Source: Candidatus Nanopelagicales bacterium (GTDB lineage Bacteria > Actinomycetota > Actinomycetes > S36-B12). Taken from it: 64,000 bases of DNA. Both the position numbers and the translations under genes were made by a program. The notes beneath the pieces are model-generated. The model was not told the origin of the DNA. It did no database searches and saw nothing but the letters and a program-made list of their open reading frames with translations. The stretch covers positions 9,773 to 73,772 of the forward strand of contig JBMTDJ010000002.1 of the NCBI GenBank assembly GCA_049431945.1. The letters are read 5' to 3'. Positions 8,501 through 15,976 of this stretch are shown piece by piece; the stretch's first letter is position 1, and each line of letters opens with the position of its first letter.

Positions 8501-9751
8501 GAGCCCCGTCGGATTCGAGGCGTGCGACTGGAGTTGCTGCCGGATCTCGTGGCAAGTCGTCCACTGCGTGTGACGACCATCGTCAACGGACGGGAGACGA
8601 CAGACATCGTGTCCGCGCGAGGATCGGTGACGGTTCCCGCTCAAGAAGCAACCTCGCTGCGACTCCGCTTCGACAACGCCGACGTGCTCCGCAGCCTGGA
8701 TCCTCAGACGGGAGCCCTGACGCGCTTGCCGATCGGCATCAATGAAGTACGCCTGCTGGGCGCCGAGGACATCGTCAAGGGGCCGCGTCTCGTCGACGAT
8801 GTCGGTGTCCCCTGTGGCTTCGGGCCCGAACTCACTGTGGATGGGGCGGGTGTCGTTGAGACCGCCGTGTCAGCGTCGGTCGGTAAGACCCTCACCGACG
8901 AACTGCTCGTGGCTACGCCATGCGGTGGACGGGTGATCGATCTGGAGGCGGGTAGCCACGTGATCGTGGGGGAGTCGACGGCTGAGTTCGCGGTCGAAGC
9001 CATCGTCTTGGAGCCGATCGAGGCGGAGGTGCGCGTCGGGTCGGCCAAAACACCACTGCTGGGCGCGGCCGCTGTGCGCGCCGGGCCCGTCGATGTGACT
9101 TCGTGGACTGCCACGCAGCGTCGGGTGAGCATCGATCCGGCTGATACGCCTCGAATCCTGGAAACGACGGAGAATCACAACGATGGCTGGGAAGCGAGTG
9201 CGTCGGGCAGAACGCTGACTCCGGTCCGTATCGATGGGTGGCGGCAGGGCTGGATTGTGCCCGCTGGCGTCGGGGGCACGATCACGATGACGTTTGCGCC
9301 TCAAGCTGCCTACCTTGCCGGCCTGGCGGCGGGGGGCGCGGCGGTGCTGGTCCTCGTGGGGCTGGCTCTCGTCGGCGCTCGCCGAGAGGTGGCTCCCGTC
9401 CCCTCGATGAGCGCCAGCCAGCCGGGGGTGGGATCGCTCCTCGCTGCCGCCGCAGCGGTCGTGGGTATTGGCGTCGGGGGTCTGCCGGGTCTGGGAGCGG
9501 TGATCCTCGGAATGGCTCTGGGCGTGCTGCTGGGCAGGCCACTTGTGACGGGGCTGCTCGCGGCAGCGAGCGCGATCGGAGCGGCTGCCATGCCCTGGCC
9601 CACGAGACTCGATGCCCCTGACTGGCTCCTCGCGGCTACCGCGTTAGCCGCTCTGGGGGCGATTGGGGCTCTCGCGGCGCCACGTCTCGTCCGGTCCGAC
9701 GATGCGCCCAGTCGAGAACCGGGCGCTCAAGAAGGAACCACGACGCACTAG
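5540..9751 (+). CDS. AftD-like alpha-(1->3)-arabinofuranosyltransferase-family GT-C membrane enzyme (DUF3367)
   Basis: 1403 aa. The N-terminal polytopic region carries 'ADTKLDLAVDP...FGQLQNQAYGYLFPTGPFF'. A large periplasmic part has two discoidin-like segments ('ALDGDPATAWVSGD', 'AVDGVLSTSWLASP'). There is a C-terminal TM bundle. GTGA overlap with the methyltransferase stop. Confidence 0.8.
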   Translation: MTAPVSVAGDVGATPVGQSDARLMHRLRLVAVSLVLAALAFIQDPGRIAADTKLDLAVDPAGFMVRSLTLWEPLGFFGQLQNQAYGYLFPTGPFFVLGDLIGLPAWVTQRLWWSLIIIAAFLGVVRLARLLGVPGEMPGLVAGLAYVLAPRMVTEIGVLTSEVLPYAMAPWVLIPLVQVGRGNLTARRGAALSGLAVLLAGGVNAVATAAVLPLGLLWILVQLRGRWRIATLAWWALSVGLATLWWAVPLLLLGRYSPPFLDWIESSSVTTLITSPDTVIRGTSQWVAYVAEPGGPSWPGGWQLVTNPVLILVTGSVAALGLAGLAVRSTPARGFLVGGVLAGVALGSLGHTGVVEGVGADLVQQALDGVLAPLRNTHKFDPVLRLPLALGVGFAAAALAHRARFRHAQRWIAGGLVSLLVMGAWPMVTGGLVRDRSFDEIPGYWAEAADWLSENSPAGRALLVPGASFGIYSWGRTQDEPLQPLAQTPWAVRDAVPLSSAGNIRWLDAVQERLDSGRGSLRLSDALARAGVDYVIVRNDIDRRRSATPRTVLIRQALIRSRGFTPVAGFGPALPPFRTATTVVDDGLQDTVAAVEIWRVDSPLSPADPRVSLRDASSVTVLSGAAESVVDLADVDALGDRALVIAGDEGPLIDAGIALDYAVSDGYRRSEVSVGSTRNNRSQTLREDEAYLQNRRVHDYYPVDPLGRQAFAVFDGGTVAASSSGSDVTALRARSSAAQPWAALDGDPATAWVSGDLEKGVGQWWEVTSDTPLEPEWLDVRLVVGEVAGIEPTVVRVSTDAGEIRVGVQPTDQPQRLPVPPGPTRAIRLTLEQVVDGGAGEAFGLREVRVPGLDITRAINVPGVADGGPVILTARKGEQTGCAAVAGQLVCTPQLGGLGEERSGISRVVEVTQAGSYRVRIWVRPRAGAALDRLLEPALAISPRATSSSVFTSDPANRPQAAVDGVLSTSWLASPLDERPELEITWGEPRRIRGVRLELLPDLVASRPLRVTTIVNGRETTDIVSARGSVTVPAQEATSLRLRFDNADVLRSLDPQTGALTRLPIGINEVRLLGAEDIVKGPRLVDDVGVPCGFGPELTVDGAGVVETAVSASVGKTLTDELLVATPCGGRVIDLEAGSHVIVGESTAEFAVEAIVLEPIEAEVRVGSAKTPLLGAAAVRAGPVDVTSWTATQRRVSIDPADTPRILETTENHNDGWEASASGRTLTPVRIDGWRQGWIVPAGVGGTITMTFAPQAAYLAGLAAGGAAVLVLVGLALVGARREVAPVPSMSASQPGVGSLLAAAAAVVGIGVGGLPGLGAVILGMALGVLLGRPLVTGLLAAASAIGAAAMPWPTRLDAPDWLLAATALAALGAIGALAAPRLVRSDDAPSREPGAQEGTTTH

Positions 9752-10847
9752 CGACGGCGACCGATGCGAGGACGACCAGTGGCCACACGATCCAGAAGCC
9801 GCCGGCGAAGACCTGCAATCCGAGGGCGTTCTGGACGAATCGGAGTAGCACGAGGTGCCAGAGGAATACGCCGTAGGAAATTGTGCCGAGGTAGACGGCG
9901 ACCGGGCTCGCGAGCATCCGGCCCCATGTTGAACCACGCACCTGCCCAGACTCGGTGCTGTCGCCAACGCCGAGGAAGCCGGGAAGAAGCAGGAAAGCCG
10001 CGATCACACCGTAGAGGAGGTGTTTGATGACAAGGCTGTTAGGCGACGCGGGATCGAAGGTGAGCGGGCCAGCGATGGGCGTCGCGGCGATCACGGCCAG
10101 AGCTCCGGCGATGAGGAGGCACCAGCCGGTCGCTCGGGCGACCTGCTGCACCGACCCCATCCACGCCGGCGCGGAAGGCCTGGACAGGCGCACCTGGATG
10201 ACGGCAGCGGCCATGCCCAGGGCGAACCAGTCGAGGAATCCGGGGAGCCAGTAGCCCGTGATGGTGCTGGTGCCGAGGCCCCCGGTGACGCGCAGCAGGG
10301 TGAAGGTCCATGCGACGGCTATCGCGATGACCAGCACGAGCAATTGGAAGCGTGCGCTCGCGTCGGGGTTGCCCCGGCCGCGCCGACCAGCAATCCAGGC
10401 CACCAGGGGCAGGACGGCGTAGAACGCGATCTCGGTGGCGAGGCTCCAGGTCTGGGTCAAGCCTTCGAGGGTGAACCCGGGAATGTAGATGTGGAGCATT
10501 CCCAGATGCACGGGCCATGCCTGCCATCGCACTGGCTGGATGTCCGGCAGCAGCAAGAGCGTGAAGGCGACCATCACCCAGTACGCGGGCAGGATTCGAG
10601 CGGCTCGGCGAAGGGTGTACCCGCCCAGGCGAGGACCGTCCCCGTCTGTCATGGCGGCGCGTGCCCAGGGCCGATAGAGGAGGAACCCGGACAGCAGGAA
10701 GAAGAGAGTGACCCCGAAGTCCATGCGACCCAGGACGGGCCCGATGGCAGGGGTGAGTATCTCGCCCGTATTGAAGGCGACGTGGGTCGTGAGGACCATG
10801 AAGGCTGCGATAGCCCTGTAGCCGTCGAGGAGAGGGAACGGTCGCAT
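9636..10847 (-). CDS. Acyltransferase family 3 (membrane O-acyltransferase)
   Basis: 'LDGYRAIAAFMVLTTHV' is a typical acyltransferase_3 N-terminus, with about 10 TM helices. I prefer ATG 10847 (GAGGAG 4 nt upstream on the minus strand) over the track's GTG 10859. Confidence 0.85.
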   Translation of the reverse strand: MRPFPLLDGYRAIAAFMVLTTHVAFNTGEILTPAIGPVLGRMDFGVTLFFLLSGFLLYRPWARAAMTDGDGPRLGGYTLRRAARILPAYWVMVAFTLLLLPDIQPVRWQAWPVHLGMLHIYIPGFTLEGLTQTWSLATEIAFYAVLPLVAWIAGRRGRGNPDASARFQLLVLVIAIAVAWTFTLLRVTGGLGTSTITGYWLPGFLDWFALGMAAAVIQVRLSRPSAPAWMGSVQQVARATGWCLLIAGALAVIAATPIAGPLTFDPASPNSLVIKHLLYGVIAAFLLLPGFLGVGDSTESGQVRGSTWGRMLASPVAVYLGTISYGVFLWHLVLLRFVQNALGLQVFAGGFWIVWPLVVLASVAVASASWFLLERPVLDWAHRRTGRDVAPREPQSPPERLTR

Positions 10848-10964
10848 CGAACTCCTCACCTCGGGACAGTCCGCCCGATCTCCGCGCCGAAAGCCCCAGT
10901 ATCCGCTACCGTTCCCTCAATGTCCGCGGTCCAGCGGGCTCACGCGTGGCAACCGGAGGGTGGC

Positions 10965-11945
10965 ATGAGGCGAGGCATCGGCATCGTCCTAGTGGGGCTC
11001 GGGGTCTTCCTCCTGGTGCTGGGGGCTCTCCTGCGTTTCAGCGTGGTGCCCGCCGTGGCCAAGGCCCCGCTCTCTCCCGGGGAGGACACCGGCGGGGTGA
11101 CGCAGACCGACCAGTCTGGTGTCGCCGCCAAGTTGTTCGACCCCGCGACACTCACGGAGCGCACGGATGTGCCCTTGACCGTCACCCGGTTCACGCGCGG
11201 CGATGTGCCAGCCAGCCAGACCGCCGAGGCGAAGGCCGCCGATCTTGCGATCTACGACACGTTCCAACGCGTCGAGGACAACGCCGGCACCGTGGTGCTC
11301 GCCGACACGGCTCGCTACGCCTTCAATCGAGTGACGTCGGAACTGTCCAATTGCTGCGGGGCCAATATCGACGGTGAGAACGTGGACATGAGTGGCATCG
11401 TCCCTCTCAAGTTCCCCATGTTCACGCAGCAGCAGACCTATCCCTACTTCGACACCTCGCTCAATGAGGGTGTCGATGCGGTGTTCCAGGGCGAGGAGAC
11501 GCTTGAGGGGCTTCCGGTCTACAAGTTCATCGTCACCGTCGAGCCGACGCAGACGGGGACCATTGAGGTGCCGGGGGAACTTGTCGGTTCGCCGCTGCCG
11601 AACTTCGTGGCACCGCGCTACTACAGCAACGTTCTCACGCTGTGGGTTGAGCCGAGCACGGGCGCGATCGTCAAGGGTGAGAGCGCTCAGCTGCAGACGC
11701 TGCGTGGGCCGGACAATCAGGACAAGATCACGATCATCGATGCGGTGATCGGCACGACCCCCGAAGAGGCGACCGCGGGGATCGAATACGCGAAGACGCA
11801 GGCGGCGCTGCTCGCCCTGCTCAACAACACGGTGCCCCTCGGTGCCGTCATCCTCGGTGTGATCCTGCTCGTGGTTGGCATCATCCTCGTTGCCGCGGGT
11901 GGGAAGCGCCGACCTGGTGCGCACGCTGGCGGATCGGCGGCCTGA
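10965..11945 (+). CDS. DUF3068 (PorA-family) bitopic envelope protein
   Basis: GGAGGG at 10955-10960 precedes ATG 10965. N-terminal TM 'GIGIVLVGLGVFLLVLGALL' and C-terminal TM 'LGAVILGVILLVVGIILVAA' flank a soluble domain. The upstream 315 codons of track ORF 10020..11945 are antisense to the acyltransferase. Confidence 0.75.
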   Translation: MRRGIGIVLVGLGVFLLVLGALLRFSVVPAVAKAPLSPGEDTGGVTQTDQSGVAAKLFDPATLTERTDVPLTVTRFTRGDVPASQTAEAKAADLAIYDTFQRVEDNAGTVVLADTARYAFNRVTSELSNCCGANIDGENVDMSGIVPLKFPMFTQQQTYPYFDTSLNEGVDAVFQGEETLEGLPVYKFIVTVEPTQTGTIEVPGELVGSPLPNFVAPRYYSNVLTLWVEPSTGAIVKGESAQLQTLRGPDNQDKITIIDAVIGTTPEEATAGIEYAKTQAALLALLNNTVPLGAVILGVILLVVGIILVAAGGKRRPGAHAGGSAA

Positions 11946-11996
11946 CCCGGGCCACCGGGGAATCCCGGGTGCCCCTGCGCTATCCTCGCGGGGCAC
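11945..11996 (+). terminator. Two GC-rich hairpins directly after the DUF3068 stop (candidate intrinsic terminator without U-tract)
   Basis: acccggg (11945-51) pairs with cccgggt (11964-70). gtgcccc(t)gcg (11969-79) pairs with cgcggggcac (11987-96) around a 7-nt loop. There is no T-run, which is common in high-GC actinobacteria. Confidence 0.35.
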
Positions 11997-12131
11997 GCCG
12001 AGCCCGCACGGGTCCCAGACCGAGTGGCCTCGTGACGTTCTTCGCGGCCCGCGGTAGCCCCTGGCTCTGCGCTCCACGTCGAGCACGGACTCGTCGGGCA
12101 TCGACCGACAACTATCCGCATCGGAGTCCGC

Positions 12132-13583
12132 GTGACCTCCCAGACCATCGCACCCCAGGTAGCCGTCAACGACATCGGTGACGCTGACGAGTTCCTCGCA
12201 GCCATCGATTCGACCATCAAGTACTTCGACGATGGCGACATCGTCGAGGGAACCATCGTCAAGGTCGACCGCGACGAGGTCCTCCTTGACATCGGCTACA
12301 AGACCGAGGGTGTGATTCCCTCCCGCGAACTGTCCATCAAGCACGACGTCGACCCCAGTGAAGTGGTGTCCGTCGGTGACGCTGTGGAAGCCCTCGTCCT
12401 GCAAAAGGAGGACAAGGACGGGCGTCTCATCCTGTCGAAGAAGCGCGCCCAGTACGAGCGTGCCTGGGGCACTATCGAGAAGATCAAGGAGGAGGACGGC
12501 GTCGTCGAGGGATCCGTCATCGAGGTCGTGAAGGGTGGTCTCATCCTCGACATCGGCTTGCGCGGGTTCCTCCCGGCCTCCCTGGTGGAGATGCGGCGCG
12601 TTCGTGACCTCCAGCCCTACGTCGGCAAGACCCTCGAAGCCAAGATCATCGAGCTGGACAAGAATCGCAACAATGTGGTTCTTTCGCGCCGCGCGTGGCT
12701 CGAGCAGACCCAGAGCGAGGTCCGTCAGACATTCCTCAACAACCTGCAGAAGGGCCAGATCCGCTCCGGCGTGATCTCCTCCATCGTCAACTTTGGCGCC
12801 TTCGTCGATCTTGGCGGCGTGGACGGTCTCGTGCACGTGTCCGAGTTGTCCTGGAAGCACATCGACCACCCCTCGGAGGTCGTCGAGGTGGGCCAAGAGG
12901 TCACCGTCGAGGTGCTCGACGTCGACATGGACCGCGAGCGCGTGAGCCTGTCACTGAAGGCGACGCAGGAGGACCCCTGGCAGCATTTTGCGCGCACCCA
13001 CCAGTTGGGTCAGGTCACGCCCGGCCGAGTCACCAAGCTGGTGCCCTTCGGCGCGTTTGTCCGGGTCGAGGAGGGCATCGAGGGTCTTGTTCACATCTCG
13101 GAGCTCGCCGAGCGCCATGTTGAGATCCCCGAGCAGATCGTCCAGGTCGGTGACGAGATCTTCGTCAAGGTGATCGATATCGATCTCGAGCGTCGCCGCA
13201 TCTCGCTGAGCCTGAAGCAGGCCAACGAGGGCGAAGGGGACGTCGCCGACGAGTTCGATCCCTATCTCTACGGTATGGCTCCTGCATTCGACGAGGCAGG
13301 CAACTACGTCGGCCCCGACGGCTTCGATCCCGAGACCGGGGAGTGGAAGCCAGGCTTCGAGGGTCAGCGGGCCGAGTGGGAGAAGGAGTACGCCGAGGCG
13401 CATGCCCGTTGGGAGGCCCACCGCAAGCAGGCTGCCGAGATGCGGACCGCGGATGCCGAGCAGGCCGTGGCCGAAGGCACGGCGACGGAGTACTCCTCGT
13501 CCACCGAGGACACCGAGGCCGGCTCGCTAGCCTCGGATGAGTCCCTCCAGGCACTGCGCGACAAGCTCGCCGGCGACGCCTAG
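12132..13583 (+). CDS. rpsA: 30S ribosomal protein S1
   Basis: 483 aa with four S1 repeats ('GDIVEGTIVKVDRDEVLLDIGYKTEGVIP', 'GVISSIVNFGAFVDLGGVDGLVHVSE', and others) and an acidic C-terminal tail. Confidence 0.97.
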   Translation: MTSQTIAPQVAVNDIGDADEFLAAIDSTIKYFDDGDIVEGTIVKVDRDEVLLDIGYKTEGVIPSRELSIKHDVDPSEVVSVGDAVEALVLQKEDKDGRLILSKKRAQYERAWGTIEKIKEEDGVVEGSVIEVVKGGLILDIGLRGFLPASLVEMRRVRDLQPYVGKTLEAKIIELDKNRNNVVLSRRAWLEQTQSEVRQTFLNNLQKGQIRSGVISSIVNFGAFVDLGGVDGLVHVSELSWKHIDHPSEVVEVGQEVTVEVLDVDMDRERVSLSLKATQEDPWQHFARTHQLGQVTPGRVTKLVPFGAFVRVEEGIEGLVHISELAERHVEIPEQIVQVGDEIFVKVIDIDLERRRISLSLKQANEGEGDVADEFDPYLYGMAPAFDEAGNYVGPDGFDPETGEWKPGFEGQRAEWEKEYAEAHARWEAHRKQAAEMRTADAEQAVAEGTATEYSSSTEDTEAGSLASDESLQALRDKLAGDA

Positions 13584-13598
13584 TCGCCCTGGGTCGCT

Positions 13599-15374
13599 TT
13601 GACGACCGTGTCGACATCTACCAAGGCCCGCGAGTCGCGAATCCTCCTCTGGGGAATCGCGGCCGCGGGCCTGGTCGTTCACTTCTGGGCCGCGTGGCGT
13701 GGCTTCTTCCATATGGACGACTTCTTCTACCTTGCGGACGCGAGCAAGCCGTTCGGCGAATACGCGACCCAGATCTACAACGGGCACCTCATGCCGGCGC
13801 AATTCGCCATCGTCTGGGTCAGCCAGGCGATCGCTCCGATGTCGTGGTCCCTCGCAGCGCTGGTGGTAACGGCCCTCTGGGGCGCCACCCTGAGCGCGGC
13901 CGTTGTTCTGCAGCGATCCTTGTTCGGATCAAGTCCCTGGGCCGCCGCCAGCGTCATGCTCATCGCGGTCGCGCCGCTGCTGACCACAGTGACCGTTTGG
14001 TACGCGTCAGCGTTGCAGATCCTCCCCTGGGCCGCCACGTTCATGTGGATGCTGTATTTCGCCACACGCTATATGCGTGACCCGCGCTGGATCTGGATCG
14101 CAGCCGCGACGGCCTGCTTCGTGATCGGGCTTGCGTTCTGGCAGAAGTCGCTGCTGTACCTCCCGGTTGTCCTGTGGCTCTGCTGGCGCTACTGGCCGGG
14201 GCAAGGTCGACTCGGGCTCAGGGGGCTGGGCCGTCGATGGTGGCTGCCGGCGCTCACCGTGCCGCTCGCCGTGGGCTACGGCGTGGCCTACCTCGCTCTG
14301 CAACCGGAGGCCGTGCTGCGCAGCCAGCCCACCAGCCAACAGTTCCTCGAGTCGCTGCGGATCACGCTGGGTGAGGTGTGGCTTCCCGGCTACTTCGGGG
14401 CGCCGTGGACCGGGTTCACCGATGCGCTCGTTCCCGGCACCACCTCGGCGTGGTGGCTCTTCTTCCTAGCCGTCCAGGTGGTCATCGGCCTGGTGCTCAT
14501 CTCCGTGATCCGATGGAGGTCGGCGTGGAATGCCTGGTTCATCATCGCGGTCTTTGCCGTCGTCACCGTGGTCCTATTTGTTTTCGGCCGCATCAACGTG
14601 TTCGGGATCGTTCTGGCTATCGATCCTCGCTACGTCGAGGACCTGTTCGTCGTAGGGGCGGTGGTCCTGCCTTTCGCCTTCGTCAGGCCCACGGGCTCGC
14701 CGCTGCCCGCACCGCGTGATCTTGCGTGGCTACCCCGGGGTGTGCCTGCGTGGGTTCAGGCCCTGGGCTGGCTCGCATTCGCGAATCTCCTCATCATCCC
14801 CACGATCGCGGTCGGACGCAGTTGGCACGACACTCCTGCGCAGAGATACATAGCCAACGTCCGCGAAGTTGCTGCCGAAAATCCCGGAATCGTCGTGTTC
14901 GATCGCAAGGTGCCGGAGATGGTGATGTCCAACCTGTTCCTGGAGCGGTCCAACGCCTCGTATGTGCTTGCTGGAGCTCGCCTGCCGATCTCGTGGAATG
15001 GCGCTGGTGAGCAGGTCTTCATCCTGGACGACGAGGGACGGGTGCGTGCGGCAACACTTGCCGCGAGCTCAACATCGGTGCCAGGCTTCGATGGGGACTG
15101 CGGCTACACGGTCTTTGGAGGCACCTCCACCATCGAGCTCGACACGACACTGTTCGAATGGACGTGGATCGGCCAGTTGGACTACCTCGCGGCGGAATCA
15201 GGTGTTCTGCAGGTGGCCTTGGACGGACAGCCCGTATCCGTGCCAGTGCAGAAGGGGCCGGGACGGGTGCAATTCGTCGTGGTCGGTGGCGGAGACACCC
15301 TGCGGATCACCCCTCCGGAGGGCGTCGGTGTCTGCATCGCCTCGGCAGTTCTGGGGCAGGATGGTCCCGCATGA
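13599..15374 (+). CDS. Polytopic membrane protein with GT-C-like architecture (putative glycosyltransferase)
   Basis: 591 aa with about 11 TM helices. The 'HMDDFFY' acidic motif sits in the first extracytoplasmic loop, and there is a C-terminal soluble domain of about 190 aa. The start is TTG 13599 or GTG 13608. The stop overlaps the coaE ATG. Confidence 0.6.
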   Translation: MTTVSTSTKARESRILLWGIAAAGLVVHFWAAWRGFFHMDDFFYLADASKPFGEYATQIYNGHLMPAQFAIVWVSQAIAPMSWSLAALVVTALWGATLSAAVVLQRSLFGSSPWAAASVMLIAVAPLLTTVTVWYASALQILPWAATFMWMLYFATRYMRDPRWIWIAAATACFVIGLAFWQKSLLYLPVVLWLCWRYWPGQGRLGLRGLGRRWWLPALTVPLAVGYGVAYLALQPEAVLRSQPTSQQFLESLRITLGEVWLPGYFGAPWTGFTDALVPGTTSAWWLFFLAVQVVIGLVLISVIRWRSAWNAWFIIAVFAVVTVVLFVFGRINVFGIVLAIDPRYVEDLFVVGAVVLPFAFVRPTGSPLPAPRDLAWLPRGVPAWVQALGWLAFANLLIIPTIAVGRSWHDTPAQRYIANVREVAAENPGIVVFDRKVPEMVMSNLFLERSNASYVLAGARLPISWNGAGEQVFILDDEGRVRAATLAASSTSVPGFDGDCGYTVFGGTSTIELDTTLFEWTWIGQLDYLAAESGVLQVALDGQPVSVPVQKGPGRVQFVVVGGGDTLRITPPEGVGVCIASAVLGQDGPA

Positions 15375-15967
15375 GGATCGCGCTGACGGGCGGCATTGGC
15401 TCGGGCAAGAGCACTGTCGCCCGCCTGCTGGCTGACCACGGGGCGATGATCGTCGACGCTGACGCGATCGCGCGCGAAGTCGTCGCACCGGGCCAGCCGG
15501 CCCTTGACGAGATCGCGGCCGCCTTCGGTCCCGACGTCGTCGCGCCCGACGGCACCTTGGATCGGGCTCGCCTGGCAAGCATTGTCTTCGGCGACGACGA
15601 GGCCTTGGCCCGCCTGAACGCCATCACCCATCCGCGGATCGCCGAGCGCAGCGCGGAGCTGCTCGCCCAGGCGCCGGAGGATGCCGTCGTCGTCTACGAC
15701 ATGCCGCTCTTGGTCGAGCAGGGTCCTTCCGCCGTCCAGGGGTGGGATCTCGTCATCGTCGTGGACAGTTCGGATGACATTCGTCTTGAGAGGCTCGTCG
15801 CGCGCGGCATGGAACCGCAGGACGCTCGGCGCCGCATGGACGCCCAGGCCTCGCGAGCGGAGCGGAGCGCGGTGGCCGACATCGTCCTCGACAACTCGGG
15901 CTCGCACGAGGGGCTCGAAGCCCAGGTGGACCTGCTCTGGGCGCAGGTGACCGCCCCTGGCACCTAG
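15371..15967 (+). CDS. coaE: Dephospho-CoA kinase
   Basis: 'MRIALTGGIGSGKSTV' P-loop at the N-terminus, 198 aa. ATGA overlap with the upstream gene. Confidence 0.9.
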   Translation: MRIALTGGIGSGKSTVARLLADHGAMIVDADAIAREVVAPGQPALDEIAAAFGPDVVAPDGTLDRARLASIVFGDDEALARLNAITHPRIAERSAELLAQAPEDAVVVYDMPLLVEQGPSAVQGWDLVIVVDSSDDIRLERLVARGMEPQDARRRMDAQASRAERSAVADIVLDNSGSHEGLEAQVDLLWAQVTAPGT

Positions 15968-15976
15968 GGTGGACCT

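Noticed and set aside
10989-12896. A 635-aa minus-strand ORF opposite the DUF3068 gene and rpsA.
   Set aside because: It lies antisense to an unmistakable rpsA. Its product is a low-complexity Asp/Gly/Val/Leu/His-rich string with no motif or RBS. Long stop-free antisense frames are expected at this G+C content.
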